Source: a virus (taxonomy: Duplodnaviria > Caudoviricetes). From it: 54,209 bases of DNA. Of this stretch, positions 36,163-44,936 are shown piece after piece. Below the pieces are notes generated by a model. It was not told where the DNA came from. It did not search any database and saw only the letters and a list, made by a program, of their open reading frames with translations. Positions within the stretch are counted from its first letter, which is position 1; every line of letters starts with the position of its first letter. The translations under genes and the position numbers were made by a program. The stretch covers positions 1 to 54,209 of the IMG/VR virus record IMGVR_UViG_3300037440_000524, one strand, 5' to 3'.

Positions 36163-38673
36163 TTAGATCATCGCCCGGAACCTGGCAGTTGCCGACATCG
36201 TGGTCTGCAGCGCCTGGTAGGCGTGCACCAGAGCGTCTACCTGGTCATCGTGAGCATCGTTGACCCCGGTAAACGAGCGCATCTCGGACAGGAAGTCGCC
36301 CACCCATGGCGCCTCACGCGGCACGTGGACCCGCCCAGCTGACCAAGCGGCCGCCAGCGGCTGCGCCCGCGTGAACTTGTCGCCCTCTGGCTTGATTTCC
36401 TCGATCCTCAGCTGCGGCGAGGCGCGCCTGAGCATCTGTGGCACCGCTTTGAAGCCAGACACCGCCTCGACCAAGATCGGCGCCCCCTTGGCCCAGGTGC
36501 TCGTACGCTGAATCCCGAGCAGCCGATCGACCAGCTCGGGGATCTCGACCTGCCATCTGTGCACGTCGAGCACGTAGGTCTCAGCGTTGTCGCCATATCC
36601 GCGCATTGCAGCAACCACCACGGCCGAGTAGTCTGCCCGGGTCTTAGCCGATGCGGCAGGGTCGCACGCCATTACGATCCTGAAGCCGCGCGACTCCCAT
36701 GTCTCGAGGTCGAATCGGCTCGGCTCGCCGAACATCGAGGCGCCGCGCGGGCGTGGCTCCTGCTGGTATAACGACCACCAGCCGTATTCGTTGCTGTTTG
36801 CCCGCCTGGCAATCATCCATTCCATCGGATACCGCTCAGGCCAGAGTGATTGCGCCTTATCGGGATCCACACGCTCGTCAACTGGGCGGCCAGCGCCGTC
36901 GTGGACAGCAGGAACAATGACCTCCTCCCACCTGCCTGGGTACTCGTTGCGCAGCCAGCCAATTGGGTCGTCTTCATGCCATCGTGTCGCGCAAACGATC
37001 ACCGATGAGCCGGGATGGAGCCGAGACTCGAGGTCGTCCTGAATCTTGGCCTTGAGCTTCTCTCGGATGGTCGGCGACTCGGCCTCGCTGCGATTTTTCA
37101 ACAAATCGTCGATCACCATGCAGTTGTGGACGAGTACTTCCTCAGCAAAGAAGTTGTGATTCCCTTCCACCTGGAGGTCATAGACGCGGACGCCTGGATC
37201 GCGTATTCGCCTAACCGAGGCCACGGTGTCTTCGACGATTTGTGATGCACCATGTGGCACGACGCGCACAGCGTTACCAAGTTCTCCGGTCGATTGTTCT
37301 TCGGATTGTGGTCGATGTGATGCACAGCCAGCCTGCCCCTGCTGGACGCGCACACATGGCACGCGCGCCCATCCCTCTGAAGGATCATCCTCCGCATCTC
37401 CCTGAAGCACTTCGAGTAGCTCTCCCCATCCTTGAAGTGAGAATTGCCCATCCCTACCATGCGTGCAGAGTGCGCCGCGTCGGCGCAGTTTCGTGAACAG
37501 AACTGTGTCCGGCTGCTCTTTGGATTGAACATCACGCTGCACCACGGACACTCGCGATCCGCCAGAGTCCGTCGCGATGGCCAGCACTCCTTGCTGCAGT
37601 ACTTTTTCCAGCGCCCCGTAATGCTCTTCCGACATGTCACGCACTGCCTTGATACCGGTAAGCGTGCTGGCTTGCGCGACGGTCCTCTTGTCGGTTTGTC
37701 CGGGCGCGCGTTCTGTGCGGTTGACCAGCACCTCTTCGAACAAAATGCCGCCGCCAACCCTTTCCTGAGCGTCTTCTCGTACTCGCCCAGGTGTCGCTCG
37801 AATTCCACCGCACAATGGGCACAGGCTAGCGTCACCATCGTGGACCGCTTGGTGTCGTAGCAGGAGCGGCAGCTCCAACCCCGCCCGTTCTTCGGCTTGC
37901 CACACATCCCGCACGTCCTGTTGCGGCGCGATCGCGCGGATGTCATCCCCGGGTCGAAGAACTTCCGCCGACCGGTAGCCGGCTCCTTCGACGTAGAAGG
38001 GATGGTCCGGGGTAGCTCGGATCTCACGGCCAGAGGTTGTGGTGATAACGCAGAGGTAGTCTGCCCGGATCTCTCTGGCGGCAACAATCCGTCGGTACTC
38101 TTGCCTGCCTCTCGCATGGTTGAACGATAGTACCGCAGGGGGGCGACATAATCGGGAAAGGATTTCTATTGGTATCGGACCTGCCTCGGTGAGCACCCTG
38201 GTCCCGGCGGTGAAACACCCTGAGATCCCCTTGCCCGTAATTGCCCCGTCTCGCCCAATAGCTATCAACCCACCGCCGTACTCCGTGCGCCAGTTGTCAA
38301 TCGCCGCGGCATCGTCGGCGAGCTTCACGTTCCCTCTCAGGGCAGCCATCTTGGCGATGCGTGACTGGTCTCGCGCCAGGCTGTGCCCGTAAGCCACGTA
38401 GGCGTTGAGGCACGCCGGATCTAGCAGGATGCGCCATGCCAGACCGTGCATGAGCGTTACCGACTTACCGGTCTGAGGCGGATAAGAAACCAGTGCCCGC
38501 ACCTCCTCGCGCCGGGTTCGCTCGATAAGGCGCCTCAGAGGCGCCAGGTGGTCCGGGGGCGGCAGGTGCGGCGAGACCCGCCGGATGAAGTCATCTAGGC
38601 TCTCAGCGCCGCTCTGGGCTCTTAGGAGCTCGAGGAGACGTACCTCGTCGTCAGGAGTCCAGGTTCGGGGCAT
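36163..38673 (-). CDS. terL: Terminase large subunit with 365-aa intein
   Basis: Walker A PPQTGKS, Walker B VIDD, TRWHEDD, YQQEP, DPA..ADYSA, HDDQVDA. Confidence 0.95.
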   Translation of the reverse strand: MPRTWTPDDEVRLLELLRAQSGAESLDDFIRRVSPHLPPPDHLAPLRRLIERTRREEVRALVSYPPQTGKSVTLMHGLAWRILLDPACLNAYVAYGHSLARDQSRIAKMAALRGNVKLADDAAAIDNWRTEYGGGLIAIGRDGAITGKGISGCFTAGTRVLTEAGPIPIEILSRLCRPPAVLSFNHARGRQEYRRIVAAREIRADYLCVITTTSGREIRATPDHPFYVEGAGYRSAEVLRPGDDIRAIAPQQDVRDVWQAEERAGLELPLLLRHQAVHDGDASLCPLCGGIRATPGRVREDAQERVGGGILFEEVLVNRTERAPGQTDKRTVAQASTLTGIKAVRDMSEEHYGALEKVLQQGVLAIATDSGGSRVSVVQRDVQSKEQPDTVLFTKLRRRGALCTHGRDGQFSLQGWGELLEVLQGDAEDDPSEGWARVPCVRVQQGQAGCASHRPQSEEQSTGELGNAVRVVPHGASQIVEDTVASVRRIRDPGVRVYDLQVEGNHNFFAEEVLVHNCMVIDDLLKNRSEAESPTIREKLKAKIQDDLESRLHPGSSVIVCATRWHEDDPIGWLRNEYPGRWEEVIVPAVHDGAGRPVDERVDPDKAQSLWPERYPMEWMIARRANSNEYGWWSLYQQEPRPRGASMFGEPSRFDLETWESRGFRIVMACDPAASAKTRADYSAVVVAAMRGYGDNAETYVLDVHRWQVEIPELVDRLLGIQRTSTWAKGAPILVEAVSGFKAVPQMLRRASPQLRIEEIKPEGDKFTRAQPLAAAWSAGRVHVPREAPWVGDFLSEMRSFTGVNDAHDDQVDALVHAYQALQTTMSATARFRAMI
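37113..37946 (-). CDS. Zn-finger/HNH endonuclease nested out of frame within the intein (frame open from 38117; start uncertain)
   Basis: Multiple CxxC and FCSxxC motifs; GMGNSHFKDG; CHVC..VHHIDHNPKNNRPENLVTLCASCH. Confidence 0.88.
   Translation of the reverse strand: MTSARSRRNRTCGMCGKPKNGRGWSCRSCYDTKRSTMVTLACAHCAVEFERHLGEYEKTLRKGLAAAFCSKRCWSTAQNARPDKPTRGPSRKPARLPVSRQCVTCRKSITGRWKKYCSKECWPSRRTLADRECPWCSVMFNPKSSRTQFCSRNCADAAHSARMVGMGNSHFKDGESYSKCFREMRRMILQRDGRACHVCASSRGRLAVHHIDHNPKNNRPENLVTLCASCHMVHHKSSKTPWPRLGEYAIQASASMTSRWKGITTSLLRKYSSTTAW
37123..38217 (-). mobile_element. Intein in terL
   Basis: Block A CFTAGTRVLT, block B ATPDHPF, block F VYDLQVEGNHNFFA, block G VHN followed by extein Cys; removal leaves a 471-aa TerL. 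Confidence 0.93.
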
Positions 38674-39004
38674 CGCTATGGCGCTCGTTCCTGCCGATCT
38701 CCGCCAGCGTCATGATGGCCTCCTCGGTGTGGGTGCGCGCAAGCTCCCGGCCCCGCGGGGGATGCGCCCGGCACCTAACCGCTGCCCGCCCCTCACGACT
38801 CCCCCCGGGCGCGGATCCGGCCGCGCCGTTATGGAGGCCGACGCGGAAAGCTCCGTTGAGCATGTCGCGCAGGACGACTGCCAGTTCGGCGGGGTCCATG
38901 TCGCGCAGATTTGCCGGCTCGATGATCCGTCCAGGGCCGATAACATCTCCTGCCTGCCAGTACCGGGTGCTTTTGGTTGCGACTGCGAAAGGACCCTCGC
39001 TCAT
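38651..39004 (-). CDS. Hypothetical protein
   Basis: Coupled ORF upstream of terL. Confidence 0.5.
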   Translation of the reverse strand: MSEGPFAVATKSTRYWQAGDVIGPGRIIEPANLRDMDPAELAVVLRDMLNGAFRVGLHNGAAGSAPGGSREGRAAVRCRAHPPRGRELARTHTEEAIMTLAEIGRNERHSDAPNLDS

Positions 39005-39315
39005 CCCTTCACCTTTACGAGCGCGGCGCGTACGTGGGCGAGGGCCACACAGAAAACCTCCGCCACGGCGTGCGGGTCGTAATTGGCGGGCCTTCTTTCG
39101 TGACGAGCCAGGGCACGCTCTGCCGCCTCAAGCGCCGCGACGATCTCCGGCTCGGCGTTCACTGTCCTCACAACGAGCTCGGCGATATCGCGCGCACGGT
39201 CACCTTGTGGTGCTAGATAGAGCAGCGACTCTCCGTCGTCAGCAAAAATACAACTGATGTCCGGCTCGAGGTTGACGCGCCACGGCCTCGGAGGGATCTT
39301 GGTCTCTTCGCTCAC
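39001..39315 (-). CDS. Hypothetical protein (PPRPW family, paralog of 39723-40025)
   Basis: IPPRPWR...ELVVRTVNA. Confidence 0.6.
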   Translation of the reverse strand: MSEETKIPPRPWRVNLEPDISCIFADDGESLLYLAPQGDRARDIAELVVRTVNAEPEIVAALEAAERALARHERRPANYDPHAVAEVFCVALAHVRAALVKVKG

Positions 39316-39674
39316 TTGATTACCCCTTTCAGCTCCTTCACCGGCTCGGCCGGCTCGATATCAATCGTCTCCGCCTTGCGCCGGCTCTCGAGTAGCCGGG
39401 CGATCTCCTGCTCGCGCTGGATTGGGGTGAGCGCCTCGGTCGTCACGGTTCCGCTCAGTTCGATCCGCACATCCGCGGGCGCCTTGCCCCAGCCTCGGTC
39501 GAGTAGTTCCCTGATGGCGGTGACCCGGGCTGTCGAGTTTTCATCCGGGTTGAATGCGATCGCAGCCAACGTCGCGATCGCCTCCTCGGTATACTGGCGA
39601 GCCAACATCCGTACATGTTTAGGGATTACTGGGCGACCGCCCGGATTACCACTCTGTCCTTTGACCCACGGCAT
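39312..39674 (-). CDS. Terminase small subunit-like (DUF5681 motif)
   Basis: WVKGQSGNPGGRP, ARVTAIRELLDRGWGKA. Confidence 0.78.
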   Translation of the reverse strand: MPWVKGQSGNPGGRPVIPKHVRMLARQYTEEAIATLAAIAFNPDENSTARVTAIRELLDRGWGKAPADVRIELSGTVTTEALTPIQREQEIARLLESRRKAETIDIEPAEPVKELKGVIK

Positions 39675-39722
39675 TACCAGTCCCTGATCTGAACACCAGG
39701 CTACCCGATCTAGCGGGGCGCG

Positions 39723-40025
39723 TCACCTAGGCTTTGGGCCGTCCCGATGCTCCAAGTCAAACGCAAGATCCTGGAGCAGATCCTGCGCGTTGAGGTCGTG
39801 CTCGTAGTAAGTAGCGCGCTCACGGATGATCTTAACGCAAGCCTCCCTCTCTGCTATGGCCGCATCCTCTCCGGCGTTAACGAGCCTGACGATCAATTCA
39901 GAGACGGCTGACGAAACCGTACCGACTCCTCCGGTACCGTAATCCGATCCGCTGTCTATGACTGAATTCCCGTTGGCGTCGTAGATTGCACCGTTGTCTG
40001 CACGCCACGGTCTCGGTGGGATCAT
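39723..40025 (-). CDS. Hypothetical protein (PPRPW family)
   Basis: IPPRPWR...ELIVRLVNA, AEREAC. Confidence 0.6.
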   Translation of the reverse strand: MIPPRPWRADNGAIYDANGNSVIDSGSDYGTGGVGTVSSAVSELIVRLVNAGEDAAIAEREACVKIIRERATYYEHDLNAQDLLQDLAFDLEHRDGPKPR

Positions 40026-40046
40026 GGATTCATCCTACCATCTCCA

Positions 40047-40319
40047 TCACGTCCCCTCCGCGATCGCCCAATCTGCCTCGTCCAGCGTCAGGTCATCGCC
40101 GAGCAGGCTGTCGCTCACCTCATCGTGCTCGCCGTGCATCTCCACGTGGCACAACCTCGCCATCGCCATCGCTACCTCGTAGCGGAGAGCGGCTATATCG
40201 AAGTCTCCCTCCATGACGCTCGCGAGGTATGCAACGGTCACGTTGAACGCCTCACGGCACTCGCTCGGGATCGACTGCGCCTGCGCGTAGGTAAGTGCCA
40301 TTGGACGAATATTGGTCAT
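40047..40319 (-). CDS. Hypothetical protein
   Basis: Coupled ORF. Confidence 0.55.
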   Translation of the reverse strand: MTNIRPMALTYAQAQSIPSECREAFNVTVAYLASVMEGDFDIAALRYEVAMAMARLCHVEMHGEHDEVSDSLLGDDLTLDEADWAIAEGT

Positions 40320-40702
40320 GCGAACCTCTCCTCACTCCAGCCGCCGCCATCACTCTTCGCCCGCTTGGTCACGCCAACGAACGAGAACATCGGGTATTGC
40401 TCGGCGGCGACTTTGATTTTCACGCGGCTGTCATCAGTGTAATACGTGCGCTGCCCCGCTCGCGCGTGCTTCACCTCGTGCAGCTCGAGCGTCATGTCGT
40501 TCGCCACCACGAGGAAGTCCGGGGTGTAATACGTCCTGTCCGCTAGCCGGAGCTTGACCGGCTCGTAGCGGTACCATAGCAGCTCCCCTGCACGATGCCG
40601 GACCTCGAGGAGTCTCGCGTACTCCTGCTCGGTGCCGTTCATGCGACCGGGCACGTGAGCTACTCGTCGAGCTCGGACTCTCATCGTCTGCTCCTCTGGC
40701 AC
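40316..40702 (-). CDS. PD-(D/E)XK endonuclease (DUF1064-like, putative resolvase)
   Basis: MNGTE..Y...YTPDF...ELHEVK...DSRVKIK.AA. Confidence 0.8.
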   Translation of the reverse strand: MPEEQTMRVRARRVAHVPGRMNGTEQEYARLLEVRHRAGELLWYRYEPVKLRLADRTYYTPDFLVVANDMTLELHEVKHARAGQRTYYTDDSRVKIKVAAEQYPMFSFVGVTKRAKSDGGGWSEERFA

Positions 40703-40856
40703 TTAGTGCACCAGTAGTAGTCAGCGTCGTTTGCGGTCGAGCACGTCCGCTCGCGGCATCGCCACAGATACCCAGCCGCGATCGCAACGCCCTCGATGAC
40801 CTCGGCCTCGTGGCGAGTGGAGTGTTTGAGCAGCTCACGCGTGAACTCAGATCCGG

Positions 40857-41132
40857 TCACAGGCCATCAATCCGTTTCCGCTCGACCTCACTGAGCGTCG
40901 GCAACCAGGGCTCGCCCAGCCCGTTCCACCTCCAGTGCGAGCCGATCAGCCTCTTCACTCGCCTTTCATTGAGGCCGTGGTGATACGCGATCGACTCTAT
41001 GCTCCCACCCTCGCGGAATTGTCTGAGCATCTCGACCACGTCCCTCGATGAGATATGGACTGGGCACCCCTCGCTACGGAGCATGAGACGATGCCGCTGC
41101 TTGATACGCGTTAGTCGGTCGCCGTGCGTCAT
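40857..41132 (-). CDS. Hypothetical protein with HTH-like segment
   Basis: GGSIESIAYHHGLNERRVKRLI. Confidence 0.5.
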   Translation of the reverse strand: MTHGDRLTRIKQRHRLMLRSEGCPVHISSRDVVEMLRQFREGGSIESIAYHHGLNERRVKRLIGSHWRWNGLGEPWLPTLSEVERKRIDGL

Positions 41133-41134
41133 GA

Positions 41135-41566
41135 TCACCTTCGTTGTCGAAGCGCTGAATACCGCTGTGCAAGATCGACCAGCAGATCGAACGCGTGTTT
41201 GTCTTGCGAGTGCTGTGAACACGTAAGCGCCGAGAAAACACTCCGCCGGTACGTGTCGCCGCTGATCACCGTGTACAGCCCCCGCGCGCTCGCGTATCCG
41301 ATCTCCCACCAACACCCGGCACTGTAGTGGATCGGCGCGAGCAGCCAAAGGTGCGTAGAACGCTCGATCTCAGCCACACACCGCCTGGCTATCTCGGAGC
41401 CCATATCGCCGGCCGGATTCAGTCCCCCTCCCTGCTTCGCAACACGAATGCACTCGGACGGCCAGCTGGACGTCACGGCAATCCCGAGTGCGCCGAGGTT
41501 GCGAGCCCACTGGAGTGCACGCTCTGGCTCGCTAGATGAGCCGGCCAGGTAGATCGCCGTACCCAT
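41135..41566 (-). CDS. Nucleoside 2-deoxyribosyltransferase-like protein
   Basis: IYLAG, S.G..WEIGYA.ARG. Confidence 0.7.
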   Translation of the reverse strand: MGTAIYLAGSSSEPERALQWARNLGALGIAVTSSWPSECIRVAKQGGGLNPAGDMGSEIARRCVAEIERSTHLWLLAPIHYSAGCWWEIGYASARGLYTVISGDTYRRSVFSALTCSQHSQDKHAFDLLVDLAQRYSALRQRR

Positions 41567-41618
41567 CACGGACTCCCTACGCAACGCGACAGCAAGCGAA
41601 GAAACAGCGCGAGCCAGG

Positions 41619-41999
41619 TCATGCTGCCACCGCGCTCTCGAACAACCCGACCGCACCCTTTGAGACTCCGTACAGCCTAAGCTCGCCGCACTCGCCGCAA
41701 CGGTACTCGTGGCGAGTCGCCGTAACATAGCCACGACCGCAGGGAATGTTGGCCGCATGACTGTGCTTGCGCCATCCCTTGCACGCCTGGCACACGAGCA
41801 TCGGCTCGTCCGTTCCATCGGGATCGTGAACCGCAGAGGACGCGCGCACAAGCTCGTCCGCTACGAGGGCGGGATCGAAATCCTTAGGTGGTCTCGACTC
41901 TCTCGAAGAGCTGAGCCCCCAGCTCTCTCTGGTGCGCTTGTCTCGCAGCCACCTTAGCTCACTCTTCGAGATCGACTTGACCCGTAGCTTTTCTTTCAT
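41619..41999 (-). CDS. Zn-ribbon hypothetical protein
   Basis: CQAC...H, YRCGECG.LR.YG. Confidence 0.55.
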   Translation of the reverse strand: MKEKLRVKSISKSELRWLRDKRTRESWGLSSSRESRPPKDFDPALVADELVRASSAVHDPDGTDEPMLVCQACKGWRKHSHAANIPCGRGYVTATRHEYRCGECGELRLYGVSKGAVGLFESAVAA

Positions 42000-42267
42000 G
42001 CGATTCTCCTTTGCTCCGCCTGATCATCAGACGGGCAATTGCGCGGTCCAAATACCATCGAGCCTTGGAGAGGTCTTCGATCACGTCTCCCTTGTGCCCG
42101 GCGCGAGCGATGTATTTGACCGCGTTGCCGAGGTGGAAGCCGAGGTCCCATGCTTCGATCACGTCAACCGGCTCGGGGGATAAGCGCCTGTAGTGCCGAG
42201 GCGTGATTGCGTCATCTGAGTCGTCGCTTACAGCGACCTCCTCAGGGAGGTTTAAAGTCCCTCTCAT
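41959..42267 (-). CDS. DUF3310 family protein
   Basis: PRHY...DVIE...FHLGNAVKYI.RAG.KG...EDL.KA.WYL. Confidence 0.88.
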   Translation of the reverse strand: MRGTLNLPEEVAVSDDSDDAITPRHYRRLSPEPVDVIEAWDLGFHLGNAVKYIARAGHKGDVIEDLSKARWYLDRAIARLMIRRSKGESHERKATGQVDLEE

Positions 42268-42803
42268 GCGCTCCTCCTTAGGTACGCAACGGCTCGCTCT
42301 ACGATGGTCACGTCATCACGAAAATGACCGATCGCCACGTTGCAGAGGTGGCAGAGCAGCCCACGGACGACCCCGGTTTGGTGATCGTGATCGACTAGGA
42401 AGCGCCGATTACCACGGCCGGGCCCGCTGGCCCGGCAGATAGCGCACGATCCCTTCTGCGCTGCAAGCAGCTTTCTATACCCATCCGTTGTGAGGCCGTA
42501 CCTGCGAAGACTGGCCTCGCGAAAACGCGCGACCATGCGATCGCGATTTCTCTCGTACCACAGCCGGCCATACTCGCTCTGTCGCTCACGCCTTCGCCGC
42601 TCTTTCTCCGGGAATCGAGAAAAGAATTGCCGCGCCACTTCGCGCGCGCAGGCTCGGCACTTGGCGGCACGTCCAGTTCTTGTCCGCCGATCTGGTCCAA
42701 ACCCATCAAGCGGCTTTACCTCCTCGCAAGATGAGCAGGGCTTCTCGATGCCACCCTGGGTGTAGTGCGTCGGGTGCTCGACCATGTCCTGTACTCGGCT
42801 CAT
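42264..42803 (-). CDS. Endonuclease VII-family homing endonuclease
   Basis: YGLT..Y..L...Q.G.CAIC..VDHDHQTGVVRGLLCHLCN..IG.F.D. Confidence 0.92.
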   Translation of the reverse strand: MSRVQDMVEHPTHYTQGGIEKPCSSCEEVKPLDGFGPDRRTRTGRAAKCRACAREVARQFFSRFPEKERRRRERQSEYGRLWYERNRDRMVARFREASLRRYGLTTDGYRKLLAAQKGSCAICRASGPGRGNRRFLVDHDHQTGVVRGLLCHLCNVAIGHFRDDVTIVERAVAYLRRSA

Positions 42804-43117
42804 GCGCTCCTCCTCGCCTGTAACGGATCGACGTCACCCTGTTGCCCCTGCTTCGGGTAGCGCACGACGCCTGCCTCGACGAAGCGGACCTTCGCGCTCG
42901 GCGGCAGGCTCGGTACGTGCTCACGGGGCTCGCTGTAAATCTCTTTGTGCGTTACCACGTCCACCATGCGCAGCCAGATCGCGCCCGGAAAGACGGCAGA
43001 CACGCAGTAGGTGCCGTCCGCTAGACCTGCGAACACCTCGACTACGTCACCTACGGAGCAGGACGAGAGCGGGACGATGGCGCGGGGCTGGGGGGGCTTT
43101 GACTTGCTACGGCTCAT
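42800..43117 (-). CDS. Hypothetical protein
   Basis: SD GGGAG; coupled to the next ORF. Confidence 0.55.
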   Translation of the reverse strand: MSRSKSKPPQPRAIVPLSSCSVGDVVEVFAGLADGTYCVSAVFPGAIWLRMVDVVTHKEIYSEPREHVPSLPPSAKVRFVEAGVVRYPKQGQQGDVDPLQARRSA

Positions 43118-43313
43118 CGATCTCCCTCGCCTCCCAACAGCAGCTGCACAGTGGCTTTCCACCGGGCGGCAGCAACGCCTTCACCCTCCGTACCTCGCCG
43201 CAGAACGAGCACGCCTCTGGTCCGTCCAGGTCGCGAGCTGCGATGACGCTGAGCTCGTCTTCCTCTTCGGGGGTCATCGCCACGTCCCGCGCGATCGCAC
43301 CACACGATTGCAC
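43107..43313 (-). CDS. Small Zn-finger hypothetical protein
   Basis: CSFCG...LCSCC; start uncertain. Confidence 0.45.
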   Translation of the reverse strand: MQSCGAIARDVAMTPEEEDELSVIAARDLDGPEACSFCGEVRRVKALLPPGGKPLCSCCWEAREIDEP

Positions 43314-43654
43314 GCCCCGTAGACGGCCTCTTGCAGCCGCTTCGCGAGCAGCGACGCGGCCTCGACAGATAGCAAGACCTCAACCGTAAGTTCACCGATC
43401 AACTCGACGGTGAGCAGGATATTACTCGGATCCGGGTACGCCGGCGGACTCGGACCTTCACATCCGCCCACCCAGACGTTAGCGGACCCCTCTGGGCTCT
43501 CGCCACGCATAGAGGCCGCAGCAAGATAGCCAGCAACTGGAACGACCCTCTGCCGATCCAGACTGCCAGACATCGTAAGTTCAGCTAGCATCGATCTCTT
43601 GGCTCTCTCGTGCTCCATCTTTCTCCCCCTACTCGATGCGAGTTGTCGGACCAT
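43274..43654 (-). CDS. Hypothetical protein
   Basis: Fills the gap after dnaB; start uncertain. Confidence 0.45.
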   Translation of the reverse strand: MVRQLASSRGRKMEHERAKRSMLAELTMSGSLDRQRVVPVAGYLAAASMRGESPEGSANVWVGGCEGPSPPAYPDPSNILLTVELIGELTVEVLLSVEAASLLAKRLQEAVYGACNRVVRSRGTWR

Positions 43655-44936
43655 GCCAGGTCGCGATCACGCGACCCATCTGTCCGTGGTTCTGTTTACG
43701 GACCAAGATCTCAATCCGATCCTCGGGGAACGGTTGCCCCGTTTTCTTGTCTTTCTCGCGATACAGGTACGGCCGGTAAAGCATCAGGACTGCCTTGGAC
43801 CTCTCCTCGATCGCACCGCTCTGCTTCAAGTCCGAGAGGATGGGGCGTTTATTATCTCGCCTCTCGCACTCGCGGTTGAGCTGCGCCATGACCAAGTACG
43901 CGATGCCGTCTTGCTTCGCTGAATCCGCGAGCACTCCCATCGCGTGATTCGCCGCCTCGGTTCGATCCACGCCGCGCGGACCATGGAGTAGCTGCACGTA
44001 GTCCACGATCACGAGTTGAGTTTTATTATCGCGAAGGTCTCGCCTGACACTACGAACCAGCTCTTCGGCTGTGAGTCCGCCACGGTCATCCACCAGCCAT
44101 CGTGGTAACCGACCCAGGACATCCGCAGCCGCCGCAAGGTTGGTGAGGTCGCCGCGCACGAGATCGCACGTGCGAAGGTTCTGCGCCGGCACTAGCGACG
44201 TACGGGATAGCGCCCGATCGGCGTAGGCGCTCTCACCGTCCTCCATGTTGAACACGTGCACCCCTATGTCCTGAGCGGCTGCGTGTGAGCCGACAGCCAT
44301 CCCAAAGGCGCTCTTACCCATGCCGGGACGCGCCGCCACCACGGTGCAGATGCCACGCTGCAGGCCTCCGAGCATCGCGTCGAGCGCGTCAATGCCGGTT
44401 GGGATCCCGGTTACCGCCGACTCCCCCTTAGCCTTGCGCTCAGCCAACTGTGCAAGCTCAACGAAACGCTCTCGGACCAACTGCGATATCGACTTCGCCT
44501 TACCGGTCTGCCCTACCTCGATTCCAGACAGCTTGCTCAATGCGAGAGAGAGCAGATCATCACCGGAGACACCATCTCGCTGCGCGGTCAACACAGAACT
44601 TGCCGCTAGCGTCACCTGCCGAGTAACCCAAGACTCGCGCACAATCTCGGCGTACCGCTCTGGTGATACCGCCATCTCGAGAGTCGCCGCGATGAGCTCC
44701 GATAGCACCGCAGAACTACCGCCGGCTTCGAGCTTGCGCGCCACCGTGACCTCGTCCACCGGCTCTCCGGCAAGATGCATCTCGCGAACGGCGCCCCAGG
44801 TCTTCGCCCAGCGCGGATCCCCGAAGTGCCACGGCTCGATATCGAGGTCCACAGCGTAGGTCGGTTTGACCAGAGCCAGGCCCACCAGGGTACGCTCTGC
44901 CGCTCTCTCTGACTCGCTGACAACGGAATCTCTCAC
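43629..44936 (-). CDS. dnaB: Replicative DNA helicase
   Basis: AARPGMGKS, IVDYVQL, AQLNRECE.R.NKRP.LSDLKQSGAIEE, KQNHG. Confidence 0.95.
   Translation of the reverse strand: MRDSVVSESERAAERTLVGLALVKPTYAVDLDIEPWHFGDPRWAKTWGAVREMHLAGEPVDEVTVARKLEAGGSSAVLSELIAATLEMAVSPERYAEIVRESWVTRQVTLAASSVLTAQRDGVSGDDLLSLALSKLSGIEVGQTGKAKSISQLVRERFVELAQLAERKAKGESAVTGIPTGIDALDAMLGGLQRGICTVVAARPGMGKSAFGMAVGSHAAAQDIGVHVFNMEDGESAYADRALSRTSLVPAQNLRTCDLVRGDLTNLAAAADVLGRLPRWLVDDRGGLTAEELVRSVRRDLRDNKTQLVIVDYVQLLHGPRGVDRTEAANHAMGVLADSAKQDGIAYLVMAQLNRECERRDNKRPILSDLKQSGAIEERSKAVLMLYRPYLYREKDKKTGQPFPEDRIEILVRKQNHGQMGRVIATWHGPTTRIE

Noticed and set aside
37123-38217. Group I intron carrying the HNH
   Set aside because: The TerL frame is uninterrupted and has complete intein splicing motifs, so RNA splicing is not needed
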